Below, piece after piece: positions 12,293 through 25,119 of a DNA stretch of 64,000 bases. Every line of letters begins with the position of its first letter. Within the stretch, counting starts at the first letter, position 1. The position numbers were made by a program, and so were the translations under genes. The stretch spans positions 5,322,722-5,386,721 of the forward strand of contig OZ037766.1 in the NCBI GenBank assembly GCA_964035545.1. The letters are read 5' to 3'. The notes under the pieces were generated by a model. The model had not been told where the DNA came from. It saw only the letters and a list, made by a program, of their open reading frames with translations, and did not search any database. The DNA is from Bugula neritina (Eukaryota; Animalia; Bryozoa).

Positions 12293-13364
12293 ATGGAAAC
12301 GAGCTCGATGCCAGTAAATTCTGAACTAATTCAGCAGATTGAATCAGAATTACTGGGAACCACGTTTCATGTGAATGACGACGAGGACACTGTAATGGCC
12401 GACGGTCTGTTAGACCTGGAGCTAGACACTGTTCTTGGTCAGTCCACACATGATGCATCGGTTCCTCGAGTGCATTCCAAAAGCTGTGACTCTCAGGCTA
12501 GCAACGGTCGACAGTCACTAGAATTATGTTGTAAAGATCCACCGCGATCTAACAATAATTCTACTTTTGTAGACACACTCGCGCCCGTCTCTCCGGGCAT
12601 GCCTTCTCTAGAGATGGCGTGGGACCCAGAGCCGGCCCCAACAACATCTACAACCCGGAAACTGCCACCCCAGTTGGAAGCAACCTCCAACTGGATTACC
12701 CCTGCCACAGAGAGAGAGATTAGGACTCATAAAGGAGGTGATGGTAACCGCGAATGCAACCTCTGCCAGCAGCGATTCACAACCCACCGCAGGCTGAAAG
12801 TACACTTGCCGCAGCATTACATCACCACGTTCTGCCCCTGCGGCGAATATAGCTACAATCGTGATTACCTACTGCGTCACCAACGTACTATGCAGTGTTT
12901 CCAAGGACATGTCTATGAAGTAGACGAATCATCATATCCCGCGTTTCTCAACGCCATCAAACCACTCATCACCGACCCAGCTCGGCTATCTCGCCTAGAG
13001 CAAGGCTTTCCCTCCCCGCGACCCATCATCTCTGGAGCCGCAGACAAGCCTATACAATCACCTAACTCTTCACCTCACAGTCCTCTACGCCTCCCGCATA
13101 CATTCCCCCGTGTCGTACTACAGAGGGTAGACACGAAGGCGTATACACTCCCTCCTCCCCTTCCATTCCGAACGGAAGAGGCACAGACAGCAGACTTCCT
13201 CTCGTTCATCCCCCCTGGCCCGCAATCTACGCGAAGTAGAAGCTAGAGCACACGACTTAGAGCAAGAAGTGTACAGACTGGCCCCGCGGGTGCAGGCTGC
13301 ATCCAGTGAACTCAAATACCTACAGGAGTCTATCAAACGCATGAAGCGGGTGGCCCGCAGTTAA
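12293..13364 (+). CDS. Additional Gypsy ORF3: tandem C2H2-type zinc fingers plus C-terminal coiled coil (one probable frameshift near 13150-13165)
   Basis: CNLC...HLPQH and CPC...HQRTMQC..GH in 12293-13246. A shifted frame gives RNLREVEARAHDLEQEVYRL...ELKYLQESIKRMKRVARS* ending at 13364. Lies between pol and the 3' LTR. Confidence 0.7.
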
Positions 13365-13621
13365 CATGAGTCTATCTCCAACTCCATACTACTCTTCCCC
13401 TACCTCTCTGTGGCATTCCCTACCATTATGGTGGCACGTACTCTACATGTAAATAGGATTTTCTCTTACATATTACATATTGTGCACGTTTTATATGTAT
13501 ACCTGTATATTTTATCAGTTGTTTTTTTGTATATACTTTTATACTGTTCTCTCTCTCCACAACGAAGTATACGTTTTTTTTTATGTGAATTATATTTTTA
13601 TCAGAAAGAGGGCTTTCTGCT

Positions 13622-13632
13622 GGAGGGGGCAG
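13622..13632 (+). promoter_or_regulatory. Polypurine tract
   Basis: GGAGGGGGCAG immediately before the 3' LTR. Confidence 0.75.
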
Positions 13633-13939
13633 TGTGGTGGCTCGTGGAGCTACCAGCAACACAATACGCAAGGTTGCGTATTGACCCGGAACAATGTATT
13701 AGCCAATTAGCTAGGCTGGTTATGAGTAATAGTAGCAGCTTCGCGCTACTAGCTCAGTTGAGGATAGTGCTGTAAATTAAATAGACATGCGTATTATTTT
13801 ACTGTTGTATACTAGTTTTTATTATGTATTCTTGTATTAAAATATAACGATATCTACTCGACGCGACTACGGTGAAGTTTCTCTAGAATAAATAGACTCT
13901 CTTGGTTGCACATCGACCCTAAATCTGGAAATCATAACA
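13633..13939 (+). repeat. 3' LTR
   Basis: 307 bp, near-identical to 6492-6798, followed by TSD ATAT. Confidence 0.96.
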
Positions 13940-16915
13940 ATATTATATTTATTACATAGCTGTGTACTAACTACACTTATCTTCTCATGTTTTGTTTAAA
14001 CACAAAATGCTTTTTAACTCGTTTTAACGTTGTAAGAGAATGTCATCACCCATCTGCTTGTTTCAAATGATGATTTTAATTTGGCTTATCATTATAAAAA
14101 TGTATGAAACTATGTTAAAATATTTCTATCCTTTACTATTATGATTGAAGACAACTTGGAATAATTATATTTTGCATTACCAGCTAAAGGAAGAACAAAT
14201 ACAGAGTTGAGAGAGAAGTTTATTCTGTCTGAGAATGTTGTTGGGCAGGGAATGTCTAGTTTCACCAACAAACCAAGCACCAGCAGCAAGTTGTCAGGTG
14301 GAACTCGGTCCGGCAGCACTACTCCTGTGAGTCATATGGCAGCATTGTTTTATATGATCACTTCCACTAATTCAACTTTGCAACATGTTCTCTCTCGGCC
14401 TTTTGGGTATTACGAATAAAACATGTAGAGAAGTGAAAAAGACACATTGGTTATTTAATGCCAAATACGCAAATTATTTATTTTAAAATTATAGCTCTGG
14501 TGACACTTCACTCGAATAGAGTTGGTTTAGGATATCAACCTTTAGTTATCACACAAGACAGGTCATTGTGTAAACAATTCAATACTATAAAGTATAAACC
14601 GTCCATCTCTTGTGAGCAAGTGACTTATGCAGTGAAATTAAATAAAACTGTCCTCAGTTAAATTTACTTATTGGCTAAAGCACCATTTCAGAAGGCAATG
14701 GAGACTTTATCTGTTGTGTATCGCTATTAGGGAATGACGTTATGTATGTATTAATTTTATTCTAACAAGTTTCGATGCAGCTATAATAAAATGCACAGAC
14801 AATAAATAAATAAAACCACCATTTAACACGTTATTCAGAATAGGTAGAAATGCACTTTGTCAGAGCAAGTAGCCAAGCTCAATACATTTGGAATAATCTC
14901 TAGTTTTTTTGTAACTGTTAACTAGAGCCAAAAGAACATTTTACAGCTAAATACATTTAACAATTAAACTATTTGTAAGATATCCATATTCTTTATATAA
15001 TAATAACCTATTATACATTTGACTGCGTAGTGTCGTAAGATTGGCAACACTAGATTTAGGTGCTGCTTCGACAATTATAGTGAATCTAAGCTGCCAAGCC
15101 ACTGTGTGCCACTCTGTGTGTGCATGAGTTAATATGTTGTAGATAAGCCACCCCTATCACAGCCATTACGGCCACAGTCATCATCTCACACCCCCTACGC
15201 CTGTTCAGAGAGGGACAACTCCTGATAGAGAGGTCTCTGCTATCATGTCATACAAGTCCAGGGAGTCTCCTTCCTACACTCATTTAGGTATTTGTTGCCA
15301 GCTCAGGGTATATCCAGCACCTTCTAACAGAGATTCCCAGTAAACTGAATCTATTCAAGCATCTTAGGTTTACTTGTGTCAAGTTTGTTTGCTTATTTCA
15401 TACGTACAGTTACAGTGGTATATTTACGTCAACAGCCATTACATGTATATATTGTGAACAACTAGATATTATTTATGTTCAGGTGGGGCAACCAACAGTC
15501 TTTCTTCTTCAAGAGCATCAAGTAGATGTTCAGAAGTTAGTGAAGATGCTAAACCATATGCAGTAAGGGATACAGCGGACAACAGCAGAACTACCCCATC
15601 TGGTCCCAATTCAGTTGGTCCCAAGTCTAGGATTCCTCTCTCTAGAAATTCCTCCATGCGAAAGCCGTCATATCGTTGACTGCCATGACAGTGAACTATA
15701 TGGTACCTCTAGACACCATGAGAGTTGAGAGAGGTTTAGAGGAAATGATGCATCACATTCGAATGTATTGACTAAAAAACATGTTTTTTTGTTTCACACT
15801 GCTCTACGTGATCAGTAGCTGCCCAATGTGACTGTTTGGAGTTGTCTGGCCCACAACTCCAAGTTCAGCAAGTTTTTTTCACGTTCTCGAATTTCTTGCT
15901 CTTCTCTCTTTTAATATACAAATTATAGCCAATAACTTTACTCTCTTATACCATGACCATTATAGTTTTTCAAATTTTTTCAAGTTTGTTTCTAATCTAT
16001 CTTTAATTGCTGTGCATTTTGATGATTTGCATGCATTCACCTCTCTATGCTTTTATTAATGAACAATTATGTAGTCAAAGACCACACAAATAAAGACACA
16101 TGCTATTCTTTAAAGGAAAAAAGGTATCCTATCCATTTGTATACTTTCTGTAGTCTGTTCAATCAGTTAATTGTTGTTGGTTTTTCTTCGATTTTATTTT
16201 ACTGTATTTTACATCGCAATAATTAACAGCTTTTAAAATATTTACATTTTTAATATGATAAATTATTATATTCAACTGAATTATGATTATTTTGTGGGTG
16301 CAGCTGATTTCACTCTAGTAATAAGAGTGGTGGCAAACACTACTTTATAAAGTATAATAATATTCAAATTTGCTATCATACATCAATGCTTATTACATAT
16401 TCAAATCTAATTTCACAAGTTGTTTTTGTTTTATTTCAGATTTTAATTTTTTTCAGTCACAACAATAAATATGTTGAGAAACAACATTTATCATGTCCAT
16501 GAAATTTTGCCTGCATCACTTTATGTTGACTGTTATTTCTGGTTGGTATAAAAGTTGATTGTTTTAATAGCTAATGGTTAAATGAGTTATAAAATGTTTT
16601 AGACTCTGGCCAGCTGCTTCATCTGACATTTCCGGTAAAATTTCCTTACTGAGATAATAGTTGTACTTGTGGCAAAATATTTAAAAAAAACTACAGCTCT
16701 ATTCAGAGTTTTGAGCACTTTGTCTATACGAGTAAATGAATCAACGGTAAATGCATAATAAAAAATACTTAATTTGTAGAACTGCCATTATGACTGTGGT
16801 AAAATAATTTAAAGGCAAGGAACACGATGTAATAATAATATTAATCATAAAAATTTACACGATTTTTCATGTTACTGTTGGACGTTAAAACATTGTGATT
16901 TTTTGTAAAATAAAT

Positions 16916-16987
16916 GCGTCACCTGGGAATCGAACCCGAGACAATCTGGCTCGCAAGCAATTGTGCTAACCATTACACCACGAAGAC
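16916..16987 (-). pseudogene. tRNA-like element, copy 2
   Basis: Homologous to 2178-2249; A/B boxes retained. Confidence 0.6.
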
Positions 16988-17910
16988 AAATGAATACTAC
17001 CGTCACTATACACGATAAGGTTAAATACAATTACTTCGTTTACAGTTGAATCTAAATAGCAAAAAACTTTCACACATTTTTAACACTAACAAAGCTCATT
17101 AACTTGGAACTGCAGTACAGCAACTCTCAGAATTTTCTAGCAACCTACAGCGAGTGTAAAAATGGCTGTCAACATTCGTCTTCTCTAGACTGGTATATCC
17201 AAAGTGGATATCTACCACTCTGGTCTTCCCAACTCTGGTTCACCACTGTAACTAAATAGCATCGTGCTCTCGTGCGTTCTCGCGTTCGGGAGGTAAAACC
17301 GAAGAAGAGCAGACGCACTGCGAATGTACCAAGGCTGCTATCATTATGGTTATAGGATTGTGTGCTGAGCGAAGTTTTCAATTGGTACCGTGACTCGTAG
17401 AAGCACTCTTCACAGCAAATATCTTTTTAAATGTTTTTAATTACTAATGAAAAGAATTAAAAAGTATGTAATTTTGCCACGCAAAGCACGAAGACTGAGT
17501 ACTAGTGAGTTGAAAGTAAAAAGTTCGTATAAAAATGATTAAAATATTTTTATTGAATCATTCTTATCTTAGAAAAAAAAGGTGGATGTCATGAAAAATT
17601 TATAAGCAGATAAATATATATTCATAGAATTTTTTAAATAAATTTTATAAATAAATAATTATGTGAAATGCTAAATTTGGATCTTGAAATGTGTGCTTGA
17701 AAACAGTTTTATTTAAGAATTAGGTTAGTTAGGTTTCAGCCAATCAGATTACACGAGCAGCACGTGCACCACGAGCAGCACGTGCACCACGAGCACTAAG
17801 ACGTCAGCTATCAGCATATATAAGGGAGCGCTTGAGTCAGCATTACACAGTTACAAGACTTATCCCGAGGCACGCTGCAGAGACTACTACAGATACAGAC
17901 TTGAATAATC

Positions 17911-18896
17911 ATGGCTAAATCTTCCACCTTCAAGGATTCTCAAAGAAAACAGAGAAGTTTATTAAGACCAGTGGTGAAAACAGGAAATGGCGCCACCATA
18001 CAGCACAGACTGTTGAGATCTTTAACTATTACTAAAGATGGCAATTTACGGAGTGCAAGTGGTTTAAAGAGGTCAGTAAAGGTTGCAGCTAGATTGAAAA
18101 TGAGAAGAAGAAACTACCTGTTAAAGAAACATGAGAGTTATCTTCAACAAAGGCAAGAATTTTATTACTGGGATGCAGAAACAGTAGAACGAGTTTGTCT
18201 GTGGAAAAAGACACGAGCTGACTGTCAGGAAGATCAGAAATATCTTGAAAAGTTATCTAGAGAGGCATATGATTTCATAAGTAACCCTAACAATGATAGA
18301 AAGCTGGCTTTAGACAAAATCAATGAGTTGGAGAAAGTAACAAGGAAACTGGATGATAACTTTGAACAGGACTTTATCAGAGTGAGTGATACTTTCATTA
18401 GTATATGTTTAGTAGTTACAGTTTTTATTACCATTTTAATTGAGATTAAACATGCCATTAAAGAAATTAATTTGTTCAATTTGCAATATAGCTAGCTGTT
18501 AAGCTAGCTATATTGCAAATTGAACAAATTAATTTCTTTAATGATTGATTTATTCAATTTGCATTATAGCTAGCTGTTTACTATATTGCAAATTGAATAT
18601 GTAGCTGAAAGCTAGCAAAAATGCTTTTTTACTTGATTTCAAATTGTTTTTATATCTTGTAATAAGCTGCATTAGAAATAGCATATCTAACTAGTAGTAA
18701 AACTCTATTCAGTGAATTTCAAAATCCAGACTGTTGTAATATTGCATTCTATTATTTGGTCTCCCCATACTAACAATATATATTTTTTCAGGAGTTAGGC
18801 CCAAATGTCAGCAGCAGAAGATTATATTCAAGAGGTGATGGACCCAGACGATATATTGATATGTATCACCCAGATAGTTTTGGAAGTCATCACTAA
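17911..18896 (+). CDS. Orphan-family protein copy 2 (exons 17911-18381, 18792-18896)
   Basis: Same GTGAGT donor, CAG acceptor and TAA as copy 1. The 194-aa track ORF reads through into the intron. Confidence 0.75.
18456..18543. repeat. Perfect 42-bp-arm palindrome with 4-nt loop in intron 1 of copy 2
   Basis: CATTAAAGAAATTAATTTGTTCAATTTGCAATATAGCTAGCT-GTTA-exact reverse complement. Confidence 0.9.
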
Positions 18897-19522
18897 GACT
18901 GTGACTTGAGCTGTGACCTCCCAGTCCCTGCAATGGCTGATAGAGCAAAGAACATGGTCAGAAGGAGTACTCATCCAGGTTTTTCTAATAATGACTCTCT
19001 TTTATGCAGTAGATTTATTTATTTTGTCATCTGTAATGGCAGTTTAGACCATATCCAAAACTACTTTACATAGTGTACATAGATGTATAGAGCTTACTTT
19101 ATTTAATGCCCTGTACAGTCACTTAGATGTAGAAATTAACTTAATGTATATAATTATGCAATTTTATTTATTTCTTATTTATAAATTCATAAATAACTTG
19201 TGAAGCTAGCTAGAATTGGATTTAATGTCTATTTAAATGAAGATTCCTTGTATGTTTTTGAATATATTTATTTTATCTTTCTGTCCTAATTGTAAAGCAA
19301 TTAGCTGCTTTTTTCAGTTTAACAAATTAATAAATAAACTTTCTTTCTGCTAATACACACTTTTTGTTCATTGGTTTACTATTAGCACCTAGCACATAAA
19401 CACATGCACACATTCCCATATACATTTCATATAATACATATACACACAATATTATATTGTTAATCTACAAGTGCTGTATTACAAATGAATATTACAAACT
19501 TGTGTTTTGTTCACCCTAACAG

Positions 19523-21306
19523 CATGTGTATCTGCAACTGCTATTTGTTGGATGGAAAAAAAGATTCATGACGAGGTTGAAAAACAGGTGAAGCACTGTT
19601 GCTGTCAAAAGCAATTTGCCATTCAAAAAGTATCTGATAATAAATATGTGGTAAGTGATGTATGTTATTAAGAGTTATCTTCTTTTATGTGCTATGAGCA
19701 GGTGTTGCCCACAGCAAAGCTTAGTGTTTGCTGTTAGGGCTGCTATTTCATAAATGAATAATGTCATGGCAGCATGCCAAAATTAAAAGTGCTGGTTTGA
19801 CAATTATCATGTTGGTCAATTCAAATGAACGATTATAATTTCATTTTGGGCAGAATTTTCATTTCTTGAGATTTAAAAGATAACATTTTGAAGAGCTGCC
19901 TTCTTCATCTATTTTCTCTTGTTAAACGGTGTAAACAAATACTAAAATTTCAACATTATTTTATATTATCACTTCCACTAATTCAACTTTGCAACATGTT
20001 CTTTGATATGTTCTCTCTCAGCCTTTTGGGTATTACGAATAAAACATGTAGAGAGTAGTGAAAAAGACACATTGGTTATTTAATGCCAAATACACAAATC
20101 ATTATTTTAAAATTATAGCTCTGGTGACACTTCACTTCGAATAGAGTTGGTTTAGGATATCAACTTTTAGTTACCACACAAGACAGGTCATTGTGTAAAC
20201 AATTCAATACTATAAAGTATAAACCGTCCATCTCTTGTGAGCAAGTGACTTATGCAGTGAAATTAAATAAAACTGTCCTCAGTTAAATTTACTTATTGGC
20301 TAAAGCACCCTTTCAGAAGGCAATAGAGACTTTATCTGTTGTGTATCTCTATTAGGGAATGACATTATGTATGTTTTAATTTTATTCTAACAAGTTTCAA
20401 TGCAGCTATAATAAAATGCACAGACAATAAATGAATAAAACTACCATTTAACATGTCATTCAGAATAGGTAGAAATGCACTTTGACAGAGCAAGTAGCCA
20501 AGCTCAATACATTTGGAATAATCTCTAGTTTTTTTTTAACTGTTAACTAGAGCCAAAAAAAAACATTTTACAGCTAAATACATTTAACAATTAAACCATT
20601 TGTAAGATATCCATATTCTTTATATAATAATAACCTATTATACATTTGACTGCGTAGTGTTGTAAGATTGGCAACAATAGATTTAGGTGCTGCTTCGGCA
20701 ATTATAGTGAATCTAAGCTGCCAAGCCACTGTGTGCCACTCTGTGTATGCATGAGTTAATATGTTGTAGATAAGCCACCCCTATCACAGCCATTACGGCC
20801 ACAGTCATCATCTCACACCCCCTACGCCTGTTCAGAGAGGGACAACTCCTGATAGAGAGGTCTCTGCTATCATGTCATACAAGTCCAGGGAGTCTCCTTC
20901 CTACACTCATTTAGGTATTTGTTGCCAGCTCATGGTATTTCCAGCACATTCTAACAGAGATTCCAAGTAAACTGAATCTATTCAAGCATCTTACGTTTAC
21001 TTGTGTCAAGTTTGTTTGCTTATTTCATACGTACAGTTACAGTGGTATATTTACGTCAACAGCCATTACATGTATATATTGTGAACAACTAGATATTGTT
21101 TATGTTCAGGTGGGGCAACCAACAGTCTTTCTTCTTCAAGAGCATCAAGTAGATGTTCAGAAGTTAGTGAAGATGCTGAACCATATGCAGTAAGGGATAC
21201 AGCGGACAATAGCAGAACTACCCCATCTGGTCACAATTCAGTTGGTCCCAAGTCTAGGATTCCTCTCTCTAGAAATTCCTCCATGCGAAAGCCGTCATAT
21301 CGTTGA
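19523..21306 (+). pseudogene. Spectraplakin 3' fragment, copy 2 (exons 19523-19650, 20770-20914, 21110-21306; the two middle exons deleted)
   Basis: IHDEVEKQVKHCCCQKQFAIQKVSDNKYV|GTAAGT. The last two exons are open and end ...KSRIPLSRNSSMRKPSYR*. Confidence 0.8.
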
Positions 21307-22523
21307 CTGCCATGACAGTGAACTATATGGTACCTCTAGACACCATGAGAGTTGAGAGCGGTCTAGAGGAAATGATGCATCACATTTGAATGTATTGACT
21401 AAAAAACATGTTTTTTTGTTTCACACTGCTCTGTGTGATCACAGCTGCCCACTGTGACTGTTTGGAGTTGTCTGGCCCACAACTCCAAGTTCAGCAAGTT
21501 TTTTTCACGTTCTCGAATTTCTTGCTCTTCTCTCTTTTTAATATACAAATTATAGCCAATAACTTTACTCTCTTATACCATGACCATTATAGTTTTTCAA
21601 ATTTTTTCAAGTTTGTTTCTAATCTATCTTTAATTGCTGTGCATTTTGATGATTTGCATGCATTCACCTCTCTATGCTTTTATTAATGAACAATTATGTA
21701 GTCCAAGACCACACAAATAAAGACACATGCTATTCTTTAAAGGAAAAAAGATATCCTATCTGTAGTCTGTTCAATCAGTTAATTGTTGTTGGTTTATCTT
21801 CGATTTTATTTTACTGTATTTTAAATCACAATAATTAACAGCTTTTAAAATATTTACATTTTTAATATGATAAATTATTATATTCAACTGAATTATGATT
21901 ATTTTGTGGGTGCAGCTGATTTCACTCTAGTAATAAGAGTGGTGGCAAACACTACTTTATAAAGTATAATAATATTCAAATTTGCTATCATACATCAATG
22001 CTTATTACATATTCAAATCTAATTTCACAAGTTGTTTTTTGTTTTATTTCAGATTTTAATTTTTTTCAGTCACAACAATAAATATGTTGACAAGCAACAT
22101 TTATCATGTCCATGAAATTTTGCCTGCATCACTTTATGTTGACTGTTATTTCTGGTTGGTATAAATGTTCATTGTTTTAATAGCTAATGATTAAATGAAT
22201 TGTAAAACGTTTTAGACTCTGGCCAACTGCTCCATCTGACATAATTTTCGGGTAAAATTTCCTTACTGAGATATTAGTTGTACTTGTGGCAAAATATTTA
22301 AAAAAAACTACAGCTCTATTCAGAGTTTTGAGCACTTTGTCTATACGAGTAAATGAATTAACGGTTAATGCATAATAAAAAATACTTAATTTGTAGAACT
22401 GCCATTATGACTGTGGTAAAATAATTTAAAGGCAAGGAACATGATATAATATTATATAATAATAATCATAAAAAATTACATGTTACTGTTGGACGTTAGA
22501 ACATTGTGATTTGTAAAATAATT

Positions 22524-22595
22524 GTCACCACTGGGAATCGAACCCAAGACGGTCTAGCTCGCAAGCAAATGTGCTAACCATTACGCCACGAAGAC
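22524..22595 (-). pseudogene. tRNA-like element, copy 3
   Basis: Homologous to 2178-2249. Confidence 0.6.
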
Positions 22596-23501
22596 GAATG
22601 ACTTGTACCGTTACTATACACGATAAGGTTAAATACAATTACTTCGTTTACAGTTGAATCTAAATAGCAAAAAACTTTCACGCATTTTTAAAACTGACAA
22701 AGCTCATCAACTTGAAACTGCAGTACAGCAACTCTCAAAATTTTCTAGCAACCTACGGCGAGTGTAAAAATGGCTGTCAACACTCGTCTTCTCTAGACTG
22801 ATATATCCAAAGTGAATATCTACCACTCTGGTCTTCCCAACTCTGGTGCACCACTGTAACTAAATAGCATCGTGCTCTCGTGCGTTCTCGCGTTCGGGAG
22901 GTAAAACCGAAGAGGAGCAGACGCACTCCGAATGTACCAAGGTTGCCATCATTAAGGTTGTAGGATTGTGTGCTGAGTGAAGTTTTCAATTGGTACTGTG
23001 AGTCGTAAAGACACTCCTCACAGCAAATATCTTTTTAAATGTTTTTAATTGCTAATGAAAAGAATTAAAAAGTGTATAGTTTTGCCACACAAAGCACGAA
23101 AACTGAGTACTAGTGAGTTGAAAGGAAAAAGTTCGTATAAAAATGATTAAAATATTTTTATTGAATCATTCTTATCTTAGAAGAAAAAGGTGGATATCAT
23201 GAAAAAATTATAAACAGATAAATATGTATTCATAGAATTTTATTCATTAAATTTTATAAATAAACAATTATGTAGAATGCTAAATTTGGATTTTGAAATG
23301 TGTGCTTGAAAACAGTTTTATTTAAGAATTAGGTTAGTTAGGTTTCAGCCAATCAGATTACACCAGCAGCACGTGCACCACGAGCACTAAGACGTCAGCT
23401 ATCAGCGTATATAAGGGAGCGCTTGAGTCAGCATTACACAGTTACAAGACTTATCCCAAGGCACGCTGCAGAGACTACTACAGATACAGACTTGAACAAT
23501 C

Positions 23502-24488
23502 ATGGCTCAATCTTCCACCTTCAAGGAATCTCAAAGAAAACAGAGAAGTTTATTAAGACCAGTGGTGAAAACAGGAAATGGCATCACCATACAGCACAGA
23601 CTGTTGAGATCTTTAACTATAACTAAAGATGGCAATTTACGAAGTGCAAGTTGTTTAAAGAGGTCATTAAAGGTTGCAGCTAAATTGAAAATGAGAAGAA
23701 GGAATTACCTGCTAAAGAAACATGAGAGTTATCTTCCACAAAGGCAAGAATTTCATTACTGGGATTCAGAAACAGTAGAACGAGTTTGTCTGTGGAAAAA
23801 GACACGAGCTGACTGTCAGGAAGATCAGGAATATCTTGAAAAGTTATCTAGAGAAGCATACGATTTTATAAGCAACCCTAGCAATGATAGAAAGCTGGCT
23901 TTAGACAAAATCACTGAGTTGGAGAAAGTAACAAGAAAACTGGATGATAACTTTGAACAGGACTTTATCAGAGTGAGTGATACTTTCATTAGTACTTAGT
24001 TACATTTTTTATTACCATTTTAATTGAAACTAAACAATCCATGAAAGTCTAAATTAATTTATTCAACTTGCAATATAGCTAGCTGTTAAGCTAGCTATAT
24101 TGCAAATTGAACAAATTAATTTCTTTAATAATTGATTTATTCAATTTTCAATATAGCTAGCTGTTAAGCTAGCTATATTGGAAATTGAATATGTAGCTGA
24201 AAGCTAGCAAAAAAGCCTTTTTACTTGATTTCAAATTGTTTTTATATCTTGTAATAAGCTGCATTAGAAATAGCATATGTAACTAATAGTAAAACTCTAT
24301 TCAGTGAGTTTTAAAATCCAGACTGTTGTAATATTGCATTCTATTATTTGGTTTCCCCATACTAACAATATATATATTTTCAGGAGTTAGGCCCAAATGT
24401 CAGCAGCAGAAGATTATATTCAAGAGGTGATGGACCCAGACGATATATTGATATATATCACCCAGATAGTTTTGGAAGTCATCACTAA
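23502..24488 (+). CDS. Orphan-family protein copy 3 (exons 23502-23972, 24384-24488)
   Basis: Intact frame and splice sites as in copy 1. Confidence 0.75.
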
Positions 24489-25119
24489 GACTGTGACTTG
24501 AGCCGTGATCTCCCAGTCCCTGCAATGGCTGATAGAGCAAAGAACATGACCAGAAGGAATACTCATCCAGCTTTTCCTAATATAGACTCTGTTTTGTGCA
24601 GTAGATTTATTTATTTTGTCATCTGCAATGGCAATTTAGATCAGATCCAAAACTACTTTACATAGTGTACATAGATGTATGAAGCTTACTTTATTTAATG
24701 CCCTGTACAGTCACTTAGATGTATAAATTAACTTAATGTTTATAATTATGCAATTTTATTTATTTCTTATTTATAAATTCATAAACAACTTGTGAAGCTA
24801 GCTATAGAATTAGATTTAATGTCTATTTAAATGAAGATTCCTTGTATGTTTTTGAATATATAATTTATTTTATCTTCCTGTCTTAATTGTAAAGCAATTA
24901 GCTGCTTTTTTCAGTTTAACAAATTAATAAATAAACTTGATTCTTTCTGCTAATACATACCTTTTTCTCATTGGTTTACTATTAGCACCTAGCATATAAA
25001 CACATGCACACATCCCCATATACATATAATATAATGCATATACACACAATATGTTGTTAATCTACAAGTGCTGTATTACAAATGAATATTACAAACTTGT
25101 GTTTTGTTCACCCTAACAG

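Larger units (their letters stand above)
6492..13939 (+). mobile_element. Ty3/Gypsy LTR retrotransposon, 7448 bp, near full length, coding region disabled
   Basis: 307-bp TG...CA LTRs, 4-bp TSD ATAT (6488-6491 and 13940-13943), PBS, PPT, and gag-PR-RT-RH-IN domain order. Confidence 0.97.
4759..15679 (+). pseudogene. Duplicated 3' fragment of a spectraplakin (shot/MACF1/dystonin-like) gene, five exons: 4759-4886, 5540-5657, 14184-14326, 15143-15287, 15483-15679; Gypsy inserted in intron 2
   Basis: Spliced reading: ...IHD*VENQVKHCCCQKQFAIQKVSDNKYV / [39 protein letters not shown] / AKGRTNTELREKFIL... / ... / SSRASSRCSEVSED...KSRIPLSR...*. This matches the GAR (GAS2-related) domain plus GSR-type tail and SxIP motif. 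Splice phases are consistent. There is a TAG at 4809-4811 and no upstream exons. Confidence 0.85.

Noticed and set aside
5188-14340. A second transposon hosting the Gypsy element
   Set aside because: No TIRs or TSD. The extra sequence contains in-phase GAR exons, so it is ancestral sequence deleted from the other units.
15469-15657. Minus-strand 62-aa ORF MEEFLERG... (also 26697-26885)
   Set aside because: Antisense to the spectraplakin terminal exon.
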